A stretch of 64,000 bases of DNA from Pseudomonadota bacterium (GTDB taxonomy: Bacteria > Bdellovibrionota_G > JALEGL01 > DATDPG01), in NCBI GenBank assembly GCA_043809315.1, contig JAZDDX010000016.1, positions 32,001 through 96,000 of the forward strand, written 5' to 3'. The translations under genes were made by a program, and so were the position numbers. Position 1 is the first letter of the stretch. Each line of letters starts with the position of its first letter. Below, in pieces: positions 56,810 through 64,000 of the stretch. The notes under the pieces are model-generated. The model did not search any database and was not told where the DNA came from. It was given only the letters and a program-made list of their open reading frames with translations.

Positions 56810-57727
56810 ATGGACGGGACCCGGAACCGTTGGCTTGCCTCCTTCCTTTCGCTCGTCTTCCTTGGCTTAGGACAGATTTACTGCGGCCGGCTTCGACGCG
56901 GTTTGATCTTCGTGCTGATCGAAACACTTGCACTCTTGATTTGTCGGGTTTCCGTGCGCGCCGTCTCCACGGCAGCTTTCCTAAACCTGTTCTATTTGGC
57001 AGTCGTCTTGGGTATTGCCACACGGCTGGTCTGTGCCCTGGATGGATTTCTCCTCGCCCGGCAGACTGGATCCGGTTTTCAACCTCAATGGTTTAATCGA
57101 ATTCGGTATTACTTTCTCTTTATTGTGTTGTTACTGGTTGCCAACCAACTCCTAGTTGTTTACCCAGCACTGAAAACGTACTGGATACCGACAACCACCA
57201 TGGCGCCCGCGATTCTCCCCGGCGACTGGATTCTCGCGGATGCCCGGCACGACATCAGAGACGTGCCAGGGTCCATTCACAGAGGAGATGTCGTGACGTT
57301 TCCACGGGGAGCTGACAATCCCAAAATATTTGTCAAGCGCGTCGTGGGTCTTCCGGGAGATAATATTACGATCGACGGGACTTCGGTGAGGGTGAACGGA
57401 CGCGAACTCCAGCACCCCATTGAGAAGAGGGGAAAACAATCATTCATGATTGACTCCCTTGCGCCGTATCAATTCTTTCGAGAGCGGGGGGACAGAGTAA
57501 CTTACGAGGTCGTATGGTCCACAAAGCTCCGTGCGGAAAGGAAGGAGTTTACCGTTAAGCCACAAGCCGTTTTTCTCATGGGAGACGATCGCAGCAACTC
57601 GGTGGACTCTCGAATCTTCGGCGATGTTCCGATCGCCGATCTCCTCGCACGTGTGCGGGTGATCTTTTTTTCCTGGAGTGACGGCGGTATTCGCTGGAAT
57701 CGGATCGGGACACCCCTCGATGAGTAG
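56810..57727 (+). CDS. signal peptidase I-like protein with extra N-terminal TM domain
   Basis: IPTTTMAPAILPGD, RGDVV, FVKRVVGLPGD, MGDDRSNSVDSR. Confidence 0.85.
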   Translation: MDGTRNRWLASFLSLVFLGLGQIYCGRLRRGLIFVLIETLALLICRVSVRAVSTAAFLNLFYLAVVLGIATRLVCALDGFLLARQTGSGFQPQWFNRIRYYFLFIVLLLVANQLLVVYPALKTYWIPTTTMAPAILPGDWILADARHDIRDVPGSIHRGDVVTFPRGADNPKIFVKRVVGLPGDNITIDGTSVRVNGRELQHPIEKRGKQSFMIDSLAPYQFFRERGDRVTYEVVWSTKLRAERKEFTVKPQAVFLMGDDRSNSVDSRIFGDVPIADLLARVRVIFFSWSDGGIRWNRIGTPLDE

Positions 57728-57740
57728 TGCTTAGCAGCTA

Positions 57741-57788
57741 GGATACACGACTGGACCCGAACTAATTCCGATACAGTCGTGTGTCCCC
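57741..57788. repeat. REP-like imperfect palindrome (GGGGACAC family)
   Basis: GGATACACGACTG...CAGTCGTGTGTCC, between convergent genes. Confidence 0.75.
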
Positions 57789-57791
57789 AAT

Positions 57792-58196
57792 TTAGACCGG
57801 CTGATCCAGCGCCTGGTTGGCCAGCTCGTCGGCGCGGTCGTTCTCGTCGCGGGGGATGTGGTTGATCGTGAACGCCTGGAACTGTTTCGACAGCTCCTGC
57901 GCCTCCGCCCAGAGGTTCTTCAGAAACGCGTCGCGGATCTGGTACTGCCCGGTCATCTGCCGGACCATCAGCTGCGAGTCGGCGCGGATCTCCACCCCCT
58001 CGAACTGCTTCTCTTTGGCGAGTTTGAGCGCCTCCACCATCGCGGTGTACTCTGCCCGATTGTTGGTCGTCCGTCCGAGCGGCCGGGAGATCGTCGCCAA
58101 CTCAGCTCCGGCCGGGTCCTGCAACGAAACGCCGATCCCCGCCGCCCCCGGATTTCCCCGGGAAGCCCCATCCACATAGATCACGCAAGTTCTCAT
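57792..58196 (-). CDS. ribonuclease HI family protein
   Basis: YVDGASRGNPG, TNNRAEY, DSQLMVRQ, HIPRDENDRADELAN. Confidence 0.92.
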   Translation of the reverse strand: MRTCVIYVDGASRGNPGAAGIGVSLQDPAGAELATISRPLGRTTNNRAEYTAMVEALKLAKEKQFEGVEIRADSQLMVRQMTGQYQIRDAFLKNLWAEAQELSKQFQAFTINHIPRDENDRADELANQALDQPV

Positions 58197-58207
58197 AAAT
58201 CTCCCTC

Positions 58208-58927
58208 TTAAGCCGTCTTGGTCCCGGTCGCGTACAACAGCCGCTGACAGTTCGGACATTGATATATTCCTGCCCCGCGGCGGAGGATTTCGTTCTCCAT
58301 CTGCGGCGGAACGTTCATGAAACACCCCTGACATGCCCCGGCGATCACCGCGACGAGAGCGTCCTTGTATTTGCGCTCCCGGATCATCCGGTACTTCGAG
58401 AGAAGACCGCGGTCGATCCCCCCCTCCAACGTCTTCCGTTCCTGCTCCTTGGCGTGCAGCAGGCTATCGAACTCCACCTTCTTCGTCGCCGCATCCGACA
58501 TCGTGCCGTCCAACGTCGCCCGGAGTGCCGCCAGATCCGCCTCCAGCTGCGTGGACAAGGTCACCAACCGGTCGATCTCGGCGTTCCGCTGCGCGATCTG
58601 CTCCTGCAGCTCCGTATTCGATCGTTCCGTGGTCTCGATCTCCCGTCGCATCGCCTGATACTCGTAGTTCGTCTTGATCTCGTTGATCCGCATCTTGCTC
58701 TTCTTGAGGCGGATCTCCTCCAAACGGAGCGTCTCCTGGAAATCGGACCGCTCTTTTTCGAACGCCGCAAGCTGCGTTTTCGCCGTATCGAGCTGTTTTT
58801 TCTTCTCGTCGTACTCCCCCTGCGCCCTCGCCTGGCGCTGCGGGGCCTCCAGCGCCCCGGTACGGAGACCGTCCACCTCTCCATCCAATCTCTGCAACGT
58901 CAACAACTGTTCGATCATGTCTGCCAC
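58208..58927 (-). CDS. coiled-coil C4 zinc-ribbon protein (DUF164-like)
   Basis: Long coiled coil, CQGCFMNVPPQ...CPNCQRLLY. Confidence 0.88.
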   Translation of the reverse strand: MADMIEQLLTLQRLDGEVDGLRTGALEAPQRQARAQGEYDEKKKQLDTAKTQLAAFEKERSDFQETLRLEEIRLKKSKMRINEIKTNYEYQAMRREIETTERSNTELQEQIAQRNAEIDRLVTLSTQLEADLAALRATLDGTMSDAATKKVEFDSLLHAKEQERKTLEGGIDRGLLSKYRMIRERKYKDALVAVIAGACQGCFMNVPPQMENEILRRGAGIYQCPNCQRLLYATGTKTA

Positions 58928-58946
58928 ATCATTTCCCCACTTCTAG

Positions 58947-59019
58947 TGGGCCCTCCTGGATTCGAACCAGGGACCTGCCGGTTATGAGCCGGTGGCTCTT
59001 ACCGCTGAGCTAAGGGCCC
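58947..59019 (-). tRNA. tRNA with CAT anticodon, probably tRNA-Ile2
   Basis: GGGCCCTTAGCTCAG...CTCATAA...GGTTCGAATCC...GGGCCCA; lacks fMet features; sits after rpoD like ileX; CCA not encoded. Confidence 0.9.
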
Positions 59020-59023
59020 GTTA

Positions 59024-60774
<1,751 letters not shown>

Positions 60775-60778
<4 letters not shown>

Positions 60779-62553
60779 GCTCGTCTCCCCTGCTCCCGCA
60801 AATCTTTCCGCTTCAATTCCTGCACCCGCACCGACAACGCCCGAACCCCTTCCAGGTCCCCCGCCGTCTCCGCCGATGCCACAGCCTTGGTAAGTCTCGA
60901 AATCTCTCGTCCCCGCAATTTCTTGAGGCAATCGTCCCAGATCTGCTCCCATGCACCTGCGTAGTCGGTCACCGGGTCCATGAACACTTTCGTCAAAAGC
61001 GGGCGCGAGCCTTCGTCGTACCAGGCGTCGACAAACGACGACGCCGACGAATCCTCGCTGCTCAAAACCTCGATCTTCTCGAGCCAACCTTTTGCCGCCG
61101 TCGCAGTCTGCTCGGATGAGAAGAGCGACAACACTTCGCCGTTCGCGAGGCGTTCGCGAATCTGCGGAACCTCGGCTGCCAATCGGAGAAGCGCCAGCTC
61201 CTCCGGCGGAATCTTATCGGCGGCACGGGCCGGGGGGCCGGCCGCGGGAACCGAGCGAAGTGAAACAAATGCGCGCGCCGGTTTTTCCCCACGCAGGACT
61301 GTCTTTTCGAGCCCCGTCAGCTTGGACGCCTCCTCGAGAATCGCTTCGCGCAGGTAGAGGTTCGAAGTCCCCTTCACCAGCTCAACGAGCTCCTCGATCG
61401 TGACCGCCTTCTTCGTGACGTCCGATTCGTTCCGATAGAACTCGCGAACGACGAACGGAAGAATCGCCTCCGCTTCGGTGACCAGCTTCACGAACGCCTC
61501 TTTCCCCTTCTGCTGGACGAACGTGTCGGGATCGAACCCGTCGGGAAGAAGTGCCGCCCTCGCCCGCAACCCCTCCGAAAGAAGCGGGCGCATCGAGCGT
61601 CGGGAAGCGGTCCGGCCGGCGGTGTCGCCGTCGAAGATCACCACGACCTCGTCGGCATATTTCTTGAGCAGCTTTGCATGTGTTTCCGTGAGGGCCGTTC
61701 CGGAAGTCGCGACCGTATTCCGGATCCCCGCTTCAAACAACGTCACTTGATCGAGATACCCTTCGACGACGAGAATCGTCTTCTCCCGCCGGATCGTCTC
61801 GTCCGCTTCGTGAAGTCCGAAGAGCAGACGTCCCTTGTCGAAAACCGGCGTCTGAGGCGTGTTGAGATATTTCGGACTCCCGTCCCCCAGAATCCGCCCG
61901 CCGAACCCGACGGTCTCCCCATCGGGATCTTGGATGGGGAAAAGAAGGCGCGAACGGAACAGATCGTAATGCCCGCCATCCCGCTTGCGGCCGATCAGCC
62001 CCGCGCGGACCGCGTCGGCAAGGGGCTGGCCGTCCCGTTCGATCGCACGAACGAGTGTGTCCCACCCTTCGGGGGCGTACCCAATCTTGAGACGCTTGGC
62101 GCATTCCATGGAAAGGCCACGCTTTTCCGCATAAGCCCGAGCCCCTTTTGCAACATCAGATTCCATGAACGCCTGGTGATACCGATCGCGGGCGTAGGCG
62201 AGAATCTTGAAGATCTTCTTCTTCTCTTCCTTCCGTGCCTCGATCTCCTTCGCTTCCTTCTGATATTGGGCGAGATCGACCCCGGCCAATGCGGCCAGAC
62301 GCTCCAACGCTTCGGGAAACGTCAGGCGATGGTATTTCATGATGAAATTGAAAACCGTTCCCCCTTCGCCGCACCCGAAGCAGTGGAACAATTGTTTGGT
62401 TTCGCTGACGGTGAACGACGGGGATTTTTCGTGATGGAACGGGCAGAGCCCCGCGAAGTTCCGGCCCGACTTTTTCAGCGGAACGACCTCGCCGATGATA
62501 CGGACCAGATCGACTCGGCTGCGGATCTCGTCAATGACTTCGCTCGGTACCAA
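60775..62553 (-). CDS. dnaG: DNA primase
   Basis: [11 protein letters not shown]...HCFGC, GFGGR, KYLN, VEGYLD, FDGDTAG, DPD. Confidence 0.97.
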
Positions 62554-62601
62554 ACAACCACCTTCGTACCTGCGAGTCGGAAGGATGATGAAACCGCCGA
62601 C

Positions 62602-62802
62602 TCAGTACTGTTCGCGGCTTGAGGCTCTCTTCACAGATCGTTTTCTCGCCAGGAGGGACTTCTTTTTTCGACGCACACTCGGCTTCTCGTAATGCTCCCG
62701 CCGGCGAACCTCGGCCAAGATTCCGGACCGTTCGCACAGCTTTTTGAACCGCCGTAACGCGTTCTCGAAAGACTCACCCTCTCTGACTCGGACAACCGCC
62801 AT
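62602..62802 (-). CDS. rpsU: 30S ribosomal protein S21
   Basis: [23 protein letters not shown]. Confidence 0.97.
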   Translation of the reverse strand: MAVVRVREGESFENALRRFKKLCERSGILAEVRRREHYEKPSVRRKKKSLLARKRSVKRASSREQY

Positions 62803-62918
62803 CTTTCCTTCACTCTCGCGGTAAAAGTTTAATCTTCTCGGTTACTTAACCACTCCCCGAAAAGCGGCGTAATTAACACCAGTTTTGGGGTTTCGTCAAG
62901 CGTTCAAGTATCTTTTCT

Positions 62919-62961
62919 GGGGACACAATACGGATTTCGAAGAAATCCGTATTGTGTCCCC
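62919..62961. repeat. REP-like perfect 20-bp palindrome (GGGGACAC family)
   Basis: GGGGACACAATACGGATTTC-GAA-GAAATCCGTATTGTGTCCCC just after the metK stop. Confidence 0.85.
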
Positions 62962-62964
62962 CGA

Positions 62965-64000
62965 TTAAACGGACTTGCGAAGAGCGTCGACCATATCGTC
63001 ACGCTCCCAGCTAAAGCCGTCCTTGCCACGCCCGAAATGCCCGTAGGACGCGGTCTTCCGGTAGATCGGCCGGAGAAGGTTCAGCTTGTCGATGAGCCCC
63101 TTCGGCTTGAGCGGGAAGACCTCATGTACGGCCGCAACGAGCTTCTCGTCCGACACCTTCGAGGTCCCGAACGAATCGACCATGAGCGACACCGGCTCGG
63201 CGACACCGATCGCGTAGGCGATCTGGACTTCACACCGCTCGGCCAAGCCAGCCGCAACGATGTTCCGCGCAATGTATCGGGCCATGTACGAAGCGCTCCG
63301 GTCGACCTTGGACGGATCCTTGCCGGAAAACGCCCCGCCGCCGTGCCGCCCCCACCCGCCGTACGTGTCAACGATGATCTTCCGCCCCGTCAGGCCGCAA
63401 TCCCCCATCGGCCCGCCGACCGCGAACCGCCCGGTCGGGTTGACAAGATACTTGGTCTTCGAATCGAGCATCTCTTTCGGGAGCGACTTGCGGATAACCT
63501 CTTCCGTCAGTCCTTCCTTGATCTGCTCGTACGTCACTTCCGGCATGTGCTGCGCGGAGAGAACGACCGTGTCGATCCGGACCGGTTTGTTGTCGACGTA
63601 GTCGACCGTCACCTGCCCTTTGCCATCGGGGCGAAGCCACTTGAGCTTCCCGTTCCGGCGGACCTCCGCCAACTTCCGCATCATCGCGTGCGCGTAGTAA
63701 ATCGGAGAGGGCATGTATTCGTCGTTCTCGTTGCAGGCGTACCCGAACATCATCCCCTGGTCGCCGGCCCCCTGCTCCTTGAAGAGCCCCTGCCCCTCGG
63801 TCACCCCTTGCGAAATGTCGGGGCTCTGACGACCGATCGAGACCTCGATCGTCGATCGTTTCGCGTCGAAGCCGATCGACGGATCGGTGTACCCGATCTC
63901 GGAGATCGTGTTACGGGCCACTTCCTCGTAGTTGACCGACGCATTCGTGGTCACCTCGCCGGCCATGTGAACGAACCCGGGGCCGACCATCACTTCACAC
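62965..64000 (-). CDS. metK: S-adenosylmethionine synthetase (5' end outside window)
   Basis: [47 protein letters not shown]. Confidence 0.97.
   Translation of the reverse strand, partial: CEVMVGPGFVHMAGEVTTNASVNYEEVARNTISEIGYTDPSIGFDAKRSTIEVSIGRQSPDISQGVTEGQGLFKEQGAGDQGMMFGYACNENDEYMPSPIYYAHAMMRKLAEVRRNGKLKWLRPDGKGQVTVDYVDNKPVRIDTVVLSAQHMPEVTYEQIKEGLTEEVIRKSLPKEMLDSKTKYLVNPTGRFAVGGPMGDCGLTGRKIIVDTYGGWGRHGGGAFSGKDPSKVDRSASYMARYIARNIVAAGLAERCEVQIAYAIGVAEPVSLMVDSFGTSKVSDEKLVAAVHEVFPLKPKGLIDKLNLLRPIYRKTASYGHFGRGKDGFSWERDDMVDALRKSV

Noticed and set aside
58944-58947. tRNA(CAT) lacking encoded CCA
   Set aside because: Routine; CCA is added post-transcriptionally in many bacteria.

Overview
GC-rich bacterial chromosomal window, probably from a former-Deltaproteobacteria lineage (Myxococcota/Bdellovibrionota-like). 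That assignment is inferred from a CdbA-like RHH protein, a TIGR02266-type PilZ protein and heavy sigma-54 use. The backbone is housekeeping: rpmE-prfA-prmC-murA-PDE-accD, recG, lepA-pyrC-carA-carB, trxB, polA, fabG, ahcY, efp, rnpB, metK-rpsU-dnaG-rpoD-tRNA, and tRNA-Ala. Accessory content includes a HigBA-like TA pair, two kinase/sigma-54 activator pairs, a type IV minor-pilin cluster facing a TMTC-like GT-C/TPR gene, and dispersed GGGGACAC-type REP-like palindromes. Most notable: (1) an unannotated, structured ~190-nt candidate sRNA with its own sigma-54 promoter, upstream palindromic enhancer and terminator directly behind a kinase/bEBP pair (Pxr-like architecture). (2) Three tandem secreted-protein paralogs, each with an identically spaced IHF-site plus sigma-54 promoter. 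(3) A sigma-54 operon of three P13/TM2-like membrane paralogs with its own kinase/bEBP pair. (4) A full-length tetraether-synthase (Tes/GDGT-MAS)-like radical SAM enzyme. (5) Oddities: polA without a canonical start codon, Asn-loop EF-P, a signal peptidase with Thr at the nucleophile position, and many apparently leaderless transcripts. All calls come from reading the sequence and recalling family motifs; no database searches were run.
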